A DNA stretch of 64,000 nucleotides from positions 1,274-65,273 of the IMG/VR virus record IMGVR_UViG_3300028833_000158. The stretch is one strand, 5' to 3'. Positions 8,237 to 19,321 of this stretch are shown here, piece by piece. Within the stretch, counting starts at the first letter, position 1, and every line of letters begins with the position of its first letter. The notes below the pieces were generated by a model that saw only the letters and a program-made list of their open reading frames with translations, ran no database searches and was not told the origin of the DNA. A program made the translations under genes and the position numbers. This DNA comes from a virus. Taxonomy: Duplodnaviria; Caudoviricetes.

Positions 8237-11200
8237 GTGCTGACATTATTGATACTAATGTTGTGCAGCTAAGATTTGACAATAGAGAATTTGTCAATAA
8301 CGTCAACCATAGTGTCGAAGCTGTAGAATCTTTAAAAGATTCTCTTAACTTTGATTCAACGTCTTTTGACAGTTTAACAAAAGCCGCTAATAATATTGAC
8401 TTGTCTGCTGTAGCTGCTAATATAGAATCATTATCTGATAGGTTTTCTACATTTGGAATTGTAGGAATGACCGCTATTCAGAAAATTACCGAAGAGGTCA
8501 TGAACCTTGGAGGAAAGTTAGTAGGCCTTCTTGCAAAACCTTGGAAACAGATAGTAACTGGTGGTTGGAGTAGAGCCTCCAATATTGGACAGGCTACATT
8601 CCAGCTTGAAGGTCTGTTCGGTAAGACAGAAGAAGGTGTCGCTAAGCTTAACATGACAATGAAAGCTACAAGCGACCAGGTAATAGCTCTTTCTAAACAA
8701 AGTGGCGATTTAATAGTAGCTATGAACGCTGCTGACTATGCTGTTGCAGATACAGCTTATGGTCTTGATTCGGCTGCTAAAGCTGCTTCAGTTCTTGCAA
8801 CTTCAGGTGTTGATGTTCTTCATTTCTCTGAAGATTTGAAAGATGCAAACGGTTTGATGAGAACCGAAATGCAGGTCGCATTGAGAGCAATTTCTGGTGT
8901 TGCTTCAATGGCAAACAGAAGTTATGACGATGTTGCTCGAGTGTTTGAAAGAGTATCTGGTGCCGGAAGAGTAATGGGTGATGATCTTAACTCTTTGGCT
9001 AGTTATGGTCTTAATGCAGCTGCAACATTAAGAGATTACCTTAATGATCTTGGCGTTACAGTAAATGCGACAGAGCAAGACATTCGAGACATGGTGTCAC
9101 ATGGCGAAATAGACTTCATGACGTTCGCTAAAGCAATGGACAATGCGTACGGCGACCATGCTAAAGATGCTAACAACACTTTTAGTGGTGCTTTTAGCAA
9201 CATGAAGTTTGCTTTGTCTAAAATCGGTGCGGATTTCATCTCTCCGATAAGAACTAAGATGGTTCCACTTTTTAACGATGTTCGAATAGCCATTAACAAC
9301 GTAAGGAAAGCTCTGAATTTCAAAATGAAATTTCCTTGGGTTGAAGAAGAGATTAGTATTGTAGAACTGTTTACGAATGTCATAACTAATCTTACAGCTA
9401 AAGCCCACGATTTGTTCACAGCTTGGAATGGTGGGCAGACCGTTATGGAAAAAGCCATGGCTGGTTTAGCAGAGTTTACCGGCGTGTCAATGGTTGAAAT
9501 AAAAAACGTATATGATGGAGTAGAAAAAGGAACTATAAAGTCTGCTGACGCAATAAGGAGACTTATAAGTATCACTTCTAATAGTGGTAAAGACATGCGA
9601 GAAGTGTTTAAGACACTTTCCGAGTCCCTTGGCGAGACAGAAGATGATATTTACAGAATGTGCTATAATGGCGAAATTTCTTTTGAGGATTTTTCGAATG
9701 CTGTATCATCAACATTTGGAAATCTCGTGCAGGAAACGAGAATTAGTCAATTAGCACAGCTTTTTAATAATGTTATACAGGCTGTTGTAAACTTGGCAAG
9801 TACAGTTACTTCTATAGTAGGCCCTGCAATATGGGCATTCTTCCAGGTATTTACTGGAGGAGGTATAAAAAGTGTTATTGATGTAACTAGTGCTTTTTCA
9901 GAATTCACAAAAAGGCTTATACTTTCGAGACAGAATCAGGAAAAAGTAAGAAGAGTTGCTTTTAGACTGTTTATGGTTCTTAAGAGTGGTTTAAAAATAG
10001 TTGCTCGTCTTGCTTCATCTGCTTTTAAAATTGTCGAAAGTATGGCACCGTTGATTGGCCATGTATTAGACTTTGTAGATGTACTTTCAGAAGTAATAGA
10101 GTATCTTGTAAATATTGTAGTAGAATCTAATCTGCTTTCTTCTACGATAAGTGTATTATGCAATGTTATAAAGTTAGCTGGATACATAATAGTAAATGTT
10201 CTTAAAACATTGATGGTTCTTATAGAGCCTGTTATAAGAGGAATTAGTGAAATATTTGCATTCCTTGCTAGAAGTATAGGTAGTGTTGATGTTTCTTTCT
10301 TAGATGTTATTATAGAAAGATTCAGAGATCTTCTTGCAACGGTTGCAAATGGTGGTTTAGCATATGTTCTTCAGAATTTAATTGGTACAATATTCTATAC
10401 GATAGCTTCTGTATTTAGAGCTATGACGTTAACATTTTCATGGTTCAATAATATGTTGCAGAATGCTGCAAATACTGTAGCTAATATTATCGATAGAATA
10501 ACCACAATATTCAGAAATTTTAGAGATGTTGTAATAAATCTGTTTAATGGAATAAAAGACTTCTTCAACAATGACTTCAACTTAGAAACCGCTATAGCAA
10601 TGTTTGGCCGTTTGGTTGGTTTGTCGGCAATGATTAGACTTGCTACCGGTATAAGAGGTATTGGAAGAGCTCTCGATGGTTTTGCTAATATTGTAAACTC
10701 TAATGCTTTAGTAAATGTTACGGCTGCTATAAAAACTGTTGCTAGAGCTGTTCTTGAATTCTCAATAGCAATGGTTCTTGTGTCGTCTATACCTAGAGAA
10801 AATTTAAGTACAGCAATCACACTGTTTTCTACATTGGTTGCCGCTATTATAGCGTTCATGGTTGTATTTTACGGTTATCAGCTTATTCTTAACCATATGA
10901 ATAATAAGATAATATCTGATCCGTATGTAAAATTCATGAATAAACTTAGTGCATCTATAAATGCAATGATGGCTAATGTCGGTAGAGCTGCCGTTATAAT
11001 GTCATTCGGTTTTCTTTTAATGTCAATAGCACTTGCATTAGGATTCATGATCAAGGGAATAGTTCAGCTTAACGAGCTCCCCATGAATACATTTACCGAT
11101 GGATATTATAGACTTGTAGCGATTTTCTCTCTATTGGCCGGATTTTTTGCAATAATAGCTTTTGCTCAAAGGTCAATAGTCCAGGCCAGCGGTGCTCAAT

Positions 11201-14200
11201 TTATTACCAACAATAATATTAGCACGCACAACGGCATGATGGGTGTAGCTGTAACATTAATGGCGTTGCTTGTTGTTGTAAAGGCATTTGAGACAATAAT
11301 AGTTGAGTATTCGCAGATAGATCCCGATCAGTTTACTGCCGGATTTGCTTATATTGCTTCGACATTAATGATTATGGCATCAATGATTGCCATAATTGGC
11401 CTTGCAGTTAAGAATGCAGGTTTTGGTATGGTCGGAGCATCAATAGCGATGCTAAGTTTCCTAGTCGTTCTTCATGGGTTTATTGATATTATACGAGATT
11501 ATACTAAATTAATAAAGAATTTTAGAAGTGTTGATCAGCTTAAGCTTGCTTTAGGAACAGTATTAACAATATTAGTATTCCTTACAGTTGCAATTTCAGC
11601 TATAGGTCTTGCTCTGACATATTTTGGAGGAGGAAGTGCTTTTTCAGCATCTATCAAGAATGGACTATCATTTACTAACAATGCTCCGAAGTTCTTGGGT
11701 GTTGTGATGACTATAGTGTCATTAGCTGTGGCTTTGCAGTCTGTAAGTTTGTTAATAATGGCTATAAATTATGCCGGAATAGAGAAAGCTTGGGCTGCTA
11801 TAGGAATAATATTTGTAATATTAGGTGGCGTATTTGCCTCGATGATGGCTATAAGAGGTGTTAAAGCTGGAAGTATAGCTGGAGTTGCAGCAATATTACT
11901 TGAATTGGCTCTTGTATTACCTGTTCTTATGAATTATGATCCAATGAAGGTACTATCAAGCGCTACAGGAATGTTGCTTGTAATATATGCTATAAGTTTC
12001 ATGCTTAAAGCAATGGGAGAAGCAAAAGTAGATATTGCAAAAGGAATAGGATTTTCTATACTTCTTTTTACACTTCTTTTAATGCTATCTTCTGCTTTTA
12101 TGATTCTTGCAAATATGGATTCGGCATCTGTTCTTTCATCAGGTTTAGCAATAGCAGCTACTTTAGCAGCATTCGGTGTAGCACTTAAATTTGCAAGTGG
12201 ATTTAAGTTTAAACCAGGTATATTCCGTACCATTGTTGCAATGCTCGGCGCTATAATACCGTTCTTGCTGCTTTTGACCGCAGTTAAAGACTTTGATCCT
12301 GTTAAGTTTTCAGTTCTTGGAACAGTTCTTTCGGTTTTAGCAGTATCAATAGGCGGAGCAATCAGACTTATGAAAGGCGTCATATCTGCCGGAGCTCAAA
12401 CTATTTTTGCATCGTTTATAGGAATAGCTATAGCATTATCGGTGCTTATGGCAGCTCTTGTCCTTTCAGCAAATGGCATAACAACTGACATATCAACGAT
12501 AGCCGGATTTGCTGCAGCTTTGATGTTGTTACTTCCTACTATAGCAGCTATGGCTGCAATATCGATTGCACTTAGTCGTTTTAAAGCAACGTTTGCAAGT
12601 GTTGGTGTTTTAGCTATAATAGCAGGAATTTTAGCTGGTTTAATAACTGTATTTTCGGTTATTGCTAGGTTTTCAGATGTTAACGCTACTGTAAGTTTGA
12701 TAGAAGGTCTTCAGTGGGGATTATTAAGATTATCAGCGTTCATGACTGTACTTGCTGGTTTTGCAATTGCTTTAGGATTTTTGTTCATGACTCCTTTAGG
12801 AATTGCTGACTTTGCATTAGGTCTTCTTGCAGTCGGTTCAATGCTGGCTACTATATCTGTATTCATAGGCATGATAGCAGCTTCAGCTACACTTGGAGAT
12901 GCTAATTCAACAGTATATTTATTAGAGAATTTAGGAACAATCCTTGATTCTATGGTTCCTTTCCTGCTTAAGATGGCCGGAATGTGTGCTTTATTCGGAT
13001 TAGTTTCACCTTTAGTTTTAGGTGGGGCTATTGGAATGGGTGCTATTCTTACTGTAATAGCAGGATTTGCTGGAATGATTGCTGCTATAGCACTAATAGG
13101 CAATCCCGAAGAAACTGTAGATCTTTTAAGAGGATTGATATTTGCGATGGACAACTTTAATGACTTTTTAGGTCATTTTATGCTTGTCCTTACATTATTA
13201 GGTTCCGTTGCTCCAGTAGCATTTTTAGGAGCTATGGTTCTCAATACTATATTTGCTATACTTACTAATTTCACAGCATCAATAGCTGTTATAGGAACTG
13301 TTGGAAACACCAGTGACACACTAACAGTGATGACAATGCTTGTCGATTCTCTTAGAGAATTGGTTAATGTATTTATGATAGTAATGGTGCTCGGTGCTAT
13401 GGGTGCCGCTGTTCTTACAGGAATGATATTAATATCTGAGAGTATGTCTCTGCTTTTAGGTCTTTCATTCATGATTGGGCAGATTGGTTCTATAAGAAAG
13501 CCGATAATTACAGGAATAAATACTATACTATTTACCGCTGTTGCTATGCTCGAAGCTACAAGAGCAATGGGCGATATAGAATTAGGTTCAATACTTAACT
13601 TTATATTTGCTATGAGTTTAATTGCTCTTACACCAATAAATGGTGTAGCAAAGTTTTCTCAGATTGGCACCATGCTGCTAATGATGGGCATGTCTAGTGT
13701 TTATATTCTTAAAGGAACACAGACTGCTATAAGCATGATCGAAGGTTTGAGAAGGGCTTCATATCTAATAAGAGACATAGTTAGAATTGATTCAAAGAAA
13801 TTAGTAAATCTTAGTCGTGATATTTTATCGACATCAACTACGATCAATGCTATTTATGCTAGCATAGGCGGTTGGGTTGGTCATAGTATAGCAGAAGGTG
13901 TTTTAAGTGGTGGAAGTCTTGGTGCAGTTGTCGAAGCAGGTGTTATTCTTGCTCATGCGTTGGAAGAGAGCATCAGAGATACAGCTCATATACATTCATA
14001 CAGCCCTTTATATGGTGAAATAGGTGGATGGTCTTCTAGAAGTATGGGAATAGGAGTTCTTTCCGAATCAGGATTCCTGATGAATTCTGGAAGCGATATG
14101 ATGGGTAATTTCGGCTCATTAATGGGTAACTTGTCGACCGTTTACGGTACAGACTCTGGCGCTCAGTATGTAGAGAGCTTCTCTGAGACATTGTTTTCTG

Positions 14201-16905
14201 GATTACAGTATGTTGTTCAAGGCTGGGGTGATTTATTCACTTATGCTGGTCAATCTGGAGCGCTTGGTGGCTTTGGGCACATGATTTTTGATGATAAAGA
14301 AATCAAAGCTCTTACCAACAATAATAACAACTATGCTGCCTCTGTAGATGCCGTAAATAATGCAAACACAAGACTTATTAATCAGAATGGTACGAGACCT
14401 TACTTTAGTCCTAACTTAGTTAAAGAGGTTTCAGAAGATGAGTATATCGATTATTTAATGAATGAAGCCATGCCTGACTTTGGCGATTTGTCAAGCTGGT
14501 TTGAAGGACTTAAAGAGTCATTTAATTTAGGTTCTATTACTGAAGGACTTGAGGACTTTGGTGGAGCTATAGAAGATGTTGGAGATGTTTCCGGTTCAGC
14601 TTCAAGTAAGATTTCAGATCTTCAAAGGAAGATCGATAATCTTATGGAAGATTATGAGAATCGAATGGAAACTGCTAAAGAAAGAGCAAGCAAAGACTTG
14701 TTTAAGAATGTCGACGAACAGGGAGAGGATTTCCTCGAAAAGATTCAAGACATAATGAAGCAGTACAATAACATTTACAAGTCTGCTGTAGAAGAAACTA
14801 ATAACCAGGATTTGTTCGCTGAAGTAAAAGAGAATGATGAATCGTTTGCTCCTGAAACATTATTAAAGAATCTCGAAAATCAGGTAGATCAGGTTAACGA
14901 GCTCAACACGATTGTTCTATCACTTAGCCAGAGAGTTGGCGACGAAAATCTTAGACAAGCAATTTCTAATATGGACGTCGATCAATTACCTCAGCTTAGA
15001 GCTCTTTATAGAATGTCGTCGAGCGAATTAGCTAATTACGAGAAACTTTATCAGGAAAAAGTCGCAGCTAATCAAGAGAAAATTCAAAATAAGTTAAGTG
15101 GAGAGATTTCTCAGATAACCGGAAAGTATACAAACATAGCATCGTTCGTTGCTACAGATGCGTCTACTCAGTTATTAGAGCATAATCTTCAGACTCAGAT
15201 AGATAAGCTTAACGAATACAATGAAACAGTATCGTCTTTGATGGTTCGTATTAAGGATGTTAATCTCAGAGAGGCAATTTCCAACATGGGAGTTGAATCT
15301 GTAGAGGAACTTAAGATTCTTAATGCTATGACAGATGAACAGCTTGATAATTATGTATCTTTGTATAATGTGAAGATGCAGGGAGAGCTTAAGAATGTCA
15401 CAAACGAACTTTCTGGTCAATTAGGTTCTCTTTTAGGCGAAGCTATTGATATTGAGGAATTTTATCAGGCTTATAAGCTTAAGATGGGCGATTTGTCAGA
15501 AATGGTTAGTTCAGATGATTCTGGAACTAAGAACGTTGGCAGATCAGCAGGTCGTACTATTGGAACGGGAATGAGCGAAGGAATAAGTGAAACATATAGC
15601 TCGGAGAACGCATATCAGACAGGTAAAGACTATACTATGTCTGTAGCTAAAGGTATGTCTGATCCTGAAGTAATTACGTTCCTTGAAACAACTGCTGATG
15701 GAATTATTAACATGATTATTGAGCCTCTTCAGGAAGCTCATGAAGATTACAAAGCTGGCGGAATAGAAGTAGTAACAGCACTTCTGTCCGGAATAAATGA
15801 AGCAAAAGATGAAGGTTTTGATGAGGTTATTGATGGCATAACATCTAGAATACTTGAAACATTTGCTGAATGTGACGACGATTATAGAGAGAGTGGACAT
15901 GCTTTAATAAATGCTTTCTGTCAGGGAATAGAAGAAGGTATGAGTTATGAGCAGGGGTTCGAAGGAACCATAGATTCGATAATAAATACTATCATAGCTA
16001 CTTTCGAAGAAAGCTATGAAGCAGATTTCCCTCAAATCGGTCACAATGTACTTCATTATGTAAGTGAAGGAATAGAAGAGGCAAAAGATCAAGGATTTGA
16101 AGAAACAATCGACGACATAGTTAACATAATTATTCAGACTTTATCTATTGAAGATACTTATGAAGACTATTTCGAATGCGGTCATACAATAGTTCACAAA
16201 CTTTGTGAAGGTATAGATGACGCTAAAGATTGGAGCTTCACTAGTTGCATAGAAGACATCGTAACTAGAATTAAAACAGCTATAACTAATAAGAATGATG
16301 TTATTGTTGCAGTTGGTGAGTTTATTTCGTTTGGTTTGGCTAGAGGAATGAATTCAGAAAGAGCACTTCATTCTGTAGAAACTTCTGCTGCCGCCGTTGC
16401 TAGTAAAGCAATAGGAAAAGCTAAAGAGGTTCTTGATTCGCATTCACCCTCAAGAGTATTTATTGAGATTGGTCGTTTCATAGATGAAGGTCTCGCAATA
16501 GGCTTAAGGCAGTATTCTGGTCTTGCTGAAGATGCTTCTACTGATGTTGCTGAGACTTCTATTTCAGCTGTTCAGGAAGCAATAAATCAGCTTTCAGGCA
16601 TGCTTGACGGATCAATCGATGTTAACCCTGTAATCACACCAACACTTGATCTGAGCGAAGTAAATGCTAGATCTCAAGCTCTTGCTGGCATGTTCAGTAA
16701 TCGTCAGATTGCAGTTCAGGCTCGAGCAGATGAGCAGCAGACAGAGATGATGAATCAGCTTGGAAATATTCTTGCTGAGCAGAACTCCGAACCCAGAAGC
16801 ATTACATTCAATCAGACTAACAATAGCCCTAAAGCATTGTCAAGAACTGAAATCTATCGTCAGACACGAAACGGTTTCTCACAACTTGCCAATGCTATTT
16901 CCTAA
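8233..16905 (+). CDS. Tape measure protein (2890 aa)
   Basis: Very long helical ORF between tail chaperones and Dit; N-terminal VVQLRFDN..F, tape-measure-like segment, long hydrophobic middle, C-terminal HSPSRVF..IG.FIDEGLAIG. Confidence 0.95.
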   Translation: MSADIIDTNVVQLRFDNREFVNNVNHSVEAVESLKDSLNFDSTSFDSLTKAANNIDLSAVAANIESLSDRFSTFGIVGMTAIQKITEEVMNLGGKLVGLLAKPWKQIVTGGWSRASNIGQATFQLEGLFGKTEEGVAKLNMTMKATSDQVIALSKQSGDLIVAMNAADYAVADTAYGLDSAAKAASVLATSGVDVLHFSEDLKDANGLMRTEMQVALRAISGVASMANRSYDDVARVFERVSGAGRVMGDDLNSLASYGLNAAATLRDYLNDLGVTVNATEQDIRDMVSHGEIDFMTFAKAMDNAYGDHAKDANNTFSGAFSNMKFALSKIGADFISPIRTKMVPLFNDVRIAINNVRKALNFKMKFPWVEEEISIVELFTNVITNLTAKAHDLFTAWNGGQTVMEKAMAGLAEFTGVSMVEIKNVYDGVEKGTIKSADAIRRLISITSNSGKDMREVFKTLSESLGETEDDIYRMCYNGEISFEDFSNAVSSTFGNLVQETRISQLAQLFNNVIQAVVNLASTVTSIVGPAIWAFFQVFTGGGIKSVIDVTSAFSEFTKRLILSRQNQEKVRRVAFRLFMVLKSGLKIVARLASSAFKIVESMAPLIGHVLDFVDVLSEVIEYLVNIVVESNLLSSTISVLCNVIKLAGYIIVNVLKTLMVLIEPVIRGISEIFAFLARSIGSVDVSFLDVIIERFRDLLATVANGGLAYVLQNLIGTIFYTIASVFRAMTLTFSWFNNMLQNAANTVANIIDRITTIFRNFRDVVINLFNGIKDFFNNDFNLETAIAMFGRLVGLSAMIRLATGIRGIGRALDGFANIVNSNALVNVTAAIKTVARAVLEFSIAMVLVSSIPRENLSTAITLFSTLVAAIIAFMVVFYGYQLILNHMNNKIISDPYVKFMNKLSASINAMMANVGRAAVIMSFGFLLMSIALALGFMIKGIVQLNELPMNTFTDGYYRLVAIFSLLAGFFAIIAFAQRSIVQASGAQFITNNNISTHNGMMGVAVTLMALLVVVKAFETIIVEYSQIDPDQFTAGFAYIASTLMIMASMIAIIGLAVKNAGFGMVGASIAMLSFLVVLHGFIDIIRDYTKLIKNFRSVDQLKLALGTVLTILVFLTVAISAIGLALTYFGGGSAFSASIKNGLSFTNNAPKFLGVVMTIVSLAVALQSVSLLIMAINYAGIEKAWAAIGIIFVILGGVFASMMAIRGVKAGSIAGVAAILLELALVLPVLMNYDPMKVLSSATGMLLVIYAISFMLKAMGEAKVDIAKGIGFSILLFTLLLMLSSAFMILANMDSASVLSSGLAIAATLAAFGVALKFASGFKFKPGIFRTIVAMLGAIIPFLLLLTAVKDFDPVKFSVLGTVLSVLAVSIGGAIRLMKGVISAGAQTIFASFIGIAIALSVLMAALVLSANGITTDISTIAGFAAALMLLLPTIAAMAAISIALSRFKATFASVGVLAIIAGILAGLITVFSVIARFSDVNATVSLIEGLQWGLLRLSAFMTVLAGFAIALGFLFMTPLGIADFALGLLAVGSMLATISVFIGMIAASATLGDANSTVYLLENLGTILDSMVPFLLKMAGMCALFGLVSPLVLGGAIGMGAILTVIAGFAGMIAAIALIGNPEETVDLLRGLIFAMDNFNDFLGHFMLVLTLLGSVAPVAFLGAMVLNTIFAILTNFTASIAVIGTVGNTSDTLTVMTMLVDSLRELVNVFMIVMVLGAMGAAVLTGMILISESMSLLLGLSFMIGQIGSIRKPIITGINTILFTAVAMLEATRAMGDIELGSILNFIFAMSLIALTPINGVAKFSQIGTMLLMMGMSSVYILKGTQTAISMIEGLRRASYLIRDIVRIDSKKLVNLSRDILSTSTTINAIYASIGGWVGHSIAEGVLSGGSLGAVVEAGVILAHALEESIRDTAHIHSYSPLYGEIGGWSSRSMGIGVLSESGFLMNSGSDMMGNFGSLMGNLSTVYGTDSGAQYVESFSETLFSGLQYVVQGWGDLFTYAGQSGALGGFGHMIFDDKEIKALTNNNNNYAASVDAVNNANTRLINQNGTRPYFSPNLVKEVSEDEYIDYLMNEAMPDFGDLSSWFEGLKESFNLGSITEGLEDFGGAIEDVGDVSGSASSKISDLQRKIDNLMEDYENRMETAKERASKDLFKNVDEQGEDFLEKIQDIMKQYNNIYKSAVEETNNQDLFAEVKENDESFAPETLLKNLENQVDQVNELNTIVLSLSQRVGDENLRQAISNMDVDQLPQLRALYRMSSSELANYEKLYQEKVAANQEKIQNKLSGEISQITGKYTNIASFVATDASTQLLEHNLQTQIDKLNEYNETVSSLMVRIKDVNLREAISNMGVESVEELKILNAMTDEQLDNYVSLYNVKMQGELKNVTNELSGQLGSLLGEAIDIEEFYQAYKLKMGDLSEMVSSDDSGTKNVGRSAGRTIGTGMSEGISETYSSENAYQTGKDYTMSVAKGMSDPEVITFLETTADGIINMIIEPLQEAHEDYKAGGIEVVTALLSGINEAKDEGFDEVIDGITSRILETFAECDDDYRESGHALINAFCQGIEEGMSYEQGFEGTIDSIINTIIATFEESYEADFPQIGHNVLHYVSEGIEEAKDQGFEETIDDIVNIIIQTLSIEDTYEDYFECGHTIVHKLCEGIDDAKDWSFTSCIEDIVTRIKTAITNKNDVIVAVGEFISFGLARGMNSERALHSVETSAAAVASKAIGKAKEVLDSHSPSRVFIEIGRFIDEGLAIGLRQYSGLAEDASTDVAETSISAVQEAINQLSGMLDGSIDVNPVITPTLDLSEVNARSQALAGMFSNRQIAVQARADEQQTEMMNQLGNILAEQNSEPRSITFNQTNNSPKALSRTEIYRQTRNGFSQLANAIS

Positions 16906-16923
16906 CTACTGTACCTCTTTTCA

Positions 16924-16953
16924 GCCTCTCAGGGCGTCACAACTCTGAGAGGT
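16924..16953 (+). promoter_or_regulatory. Conserved 11-bp hairpin with CGTCACAA loop (copy 2)
   Basis: GCCTCTCAGGG-CGTCACAA-CTCTGAGAGGT. Confidence 0.6.
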
Positions 16954-16989
16954 AATCTTTAAAAACTATGGTAAAGGAGAAAATTCAAA

Positions 16990-17856
16990 ATGATTGAAAG
17001 CATCACTGTTTATCAGAAGTTAGACAAGTCAGACGCCTTTACTATGGTGTTAAATGACCCGCATAATGTTACTGATCATTCTGGTTTTGTTATAGAAAAC
17101 ATAGACGGTCTTGGTCCAGTCGATGCCAATATTAATATGACAGAAATGGCAATAGACGGAGATAACTTTAATTCCGCTAGAATAGGTAAAAGGAATATAG
17201 TATTTGATCTCGTTTATTATGGTGAATACGGAAATGATATTCAGGGAGTAAGACGAAGATCATACAGCCTGTTTCCAACTAAAAAGAGAGTCTTTATAGA
17301 AGTAGCAACAGATGATCGAACAGTTTGGACGGTAGGTAATGTAGAAAAGAACGAACCGGATATTTTTAGTAAAGACTGTAAGAGTCAAGTGAGCATACTT
17401 TGTGGAGATCCTAAATGGTATGATAGTGATGGTGCCGAAACTACAACGTTTACACAAGTCGAGACTACAGATCCCCCGTTTTATTATGGGGAAATTAATT
17501 ATGGATACGATTCCGTAGAAGTAGGAGGAATACTAACAATTACTTTTGGATCCGACATAACTGGTGATAGTGATCCTATACTTAGAGTATCTTGTGTGAA
17601 TGCAACTTTCGATATTTATGCTCCTGAAAATGGATTTAAAAATGGAGATACATTAGCCATTTCCAGTATACAAGGTAATAAATATTGCATTTGGAAAGAT
17701 GAAACTGAAGCCGAAATCAATGCTCTTCATTTATTAAGTAAAGATCCTGATTGGATTGCAGTAGAACCAGGCGGTTGTGACATAATGGTTACAGGATCGA
17801 CTAATGCTATAGAAAGCGTTGTGTTCGAGAACCCAATATGCTATGAAGGAGTTTAA
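16990..17856 (+). CDS. Distal tail protein (Dit-like)
   Basis: Directly after the tape measure; SGF.IENIDGLGPVDANIN, KRNIV, EKNEPDIFSK, SILC.DP, C-terminal YEGV. Confidence 0.75.
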   Translation: MIESITVYQKLDKSDAFTMVLNDPHNVTDHSGFVIENIDGLGPVDANINMTEMAIDGDNFNSARIGKRNIVFDLVYYGEYGNDIQGVRRRSYSLFPTKKRVFIEVATDDRTVWTVGNVEKNEPDIFSKDCKSQVSILCGDPKWYDSDGAETTTFTQVETTDPPFYYGEINYGYDSVEVGGILTITFGSDITGDSDPILRVSCVNATFDIYAPENGFKNGDTLAISSIQGNKYCIWKDETEAEINALHLLSKDPDWIAVEPGGCDIMVTGSTNAIESVVFENPICYEGV

Positions 17857-17858
17857 TC

Positions 17859-19307
17859 ATGATTAACATTTCTGTTTTAGATTCCGATCAGAAGTGCATT
17901 GCTGTTCTCGACAAGTATAAGTCGTTCATATGGACTGACCGATACGATGAAGCTGGAGAGTTTGAACTTTGTATACCGATTAATGCTAAATATGCCCAGA
18001 GTATAAAGGAAGACATGTTTCTGACTATTCCGACATCAAACCGAATGATGGTTGTTGAAACCATTAAGATCGAGGCAGATGTTGAAGAGGGTAATTATTT
18101 CGTTATAAGTGGTAGATCAATAGAGTCCATTCTCGATAGAAGAATAGTATGGAAACAGACCAATGTTAATGGTTCAGTTCAGAATGCACTTCATTTACTT
18201 ATCAATGATGCAATAATCAATCCCGTGGACAGTAGAAGACGAATCAACAATTTCATTTTTTATGTATCAGATGATCCTGCAGTTACTTCTGTAGCCTATT
18301 CTGACGTCGCACAGTACAAAGGTGACAGTATTTATGACGTTGTAAAAAAGGTTTGTCAATCTTTTCACATAGGATTCAAAATGGTTGTAATTGACGGTCA
18401 ATTCGTGTTCGGTTTGTTTGCCGGAGTTGATAGATCTTACAGCCAAAATTCTATATCATATGTTGTATTTAGTCCTAAAAGTGACAATCTTATGAATAGT
18501 AGTTATCTCAGGTCAATTAAGAACTACAAGAATGTTCTTAGAGTGGTTGGCGAAGGAGAAGGAGCTACTAAAACAGAAATAACCCAGTACATTGAGTTCG
18601 ACTACGATAAAGCAAGTGAGATGACAGGTCTTGCAAGACGTGAAGCATATGTCGATTGCTCAAATGTGTCGTCAATACTTAATGGTAACGTCACAATGGA
18701 CGTAGAACAGTATTCTAACACCCTTGTTCAGAAGGGTAATGAGAAGATGGTTGACTATGTTCCTGAAACAGCATTTGATGGCGAAATAGATGCTACCAAC
18801 ATGTATACGTATGGCTCTGATTATGACGTTGGGGATATTTGTGAGATAAGGAATGAATACGGAATGAGTGACCGGGTTAGAGTTACTGAAGTAGTTCAGA
18901 CCTGGGAAGCAGATGGCTACACTTGTATTCCGACTCTTGAAAGCATGTCTAAAGAAGAGTTAGACTATGCTAGCAAAGATAAAGAAAAGACAACAATTGT
19001 TGAAACAGTTGAGACGACATCAATTAAGATTGAGACTGCTGGATTAGCTATTAAGTGGACCGATTCTTATGGTTCATCTGAAGACGCTTCAATTACTTAC
19101 TTAACACATTCAGATGTTAAGATGACGACTCAGTTGATGCGTATTAAGTATTATAGTAGTATTGACCAGTGGCAGATTACAATTCTTAAAGACAATACAA
19201 GTGTTAAGAATAATATTGATGGAACTACAGTTGTTTATAATCGCATGAGGACTATTAATTGGACTTACGATGAATTAGTTAACTATGAGGTAAGTTATAC
19301 AAATTAA
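17859..19307 (+). CDS. Baseplate hub/Tal-like minor tail protein (Gp37-like)
   Basis: YKSFIWTDRY.EAGEFEL, GRS.ESILDRRI, FDGEID.T..Y.YG.DY..GDI. Confidence 0.7.
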   Translation: MINISVLDSDQKCIAVLDKYKSFIWTDRYDEAGEFELCIPINAKYAQSIKEDMFLTIPTSNRMMVVETIKIEADVEEGNYFVISGRSIESILDRRIVWKQTNVNGSVQNALHLLINDAIINPVDSRRRINNFIFYVSDDPAVTSVAYSDVAQYKGDSIYDVVKKVCQSFHIGFKMVVIDGQFVFGLFAGVDRSYSQNSISYVVFSPKSDNLMNSSYLRSIKNYKNVLRVVGEGEGATKTEITQYIEFDYDKASEMTGLARREAYVDCSNVSSILNGNVTMDVEQYSNTLVQKGNEKMVDYVPETAFDGEIDATNMYTYGSDYDVGDICEIRNEYGMSDRVRVTEVVQTWEADGYTCIPTLESMSKEELDYASKDKEKTTIVETVETTSIKIETAGLAIKWTDSYGSSEDASITYLTHSDVKMTTQLMRIKYYSSIDQWQITILKDNTSVKNNIDGTTVVYNRMRTINWTYDELVNYEVSYTN

Positions 19308-19321
19308 GTAAAGGAGATGCC

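Noticed and set aside
15082-15093. AAATTCAAAAT inside the tape measure gene as another late motif
   Set aside because: It is followed by AAG rather than ATG and lies mid-CDS; probably coincidental.
8518-16092. Minus-strand ORFs inside the tape measure gene, and similar antisense ORFs elsewhere
   Set aside because: They are shadows of long + strand genes with no RBS or recognisable motifs; all supported genes and regulatory motifs are on the + strand.
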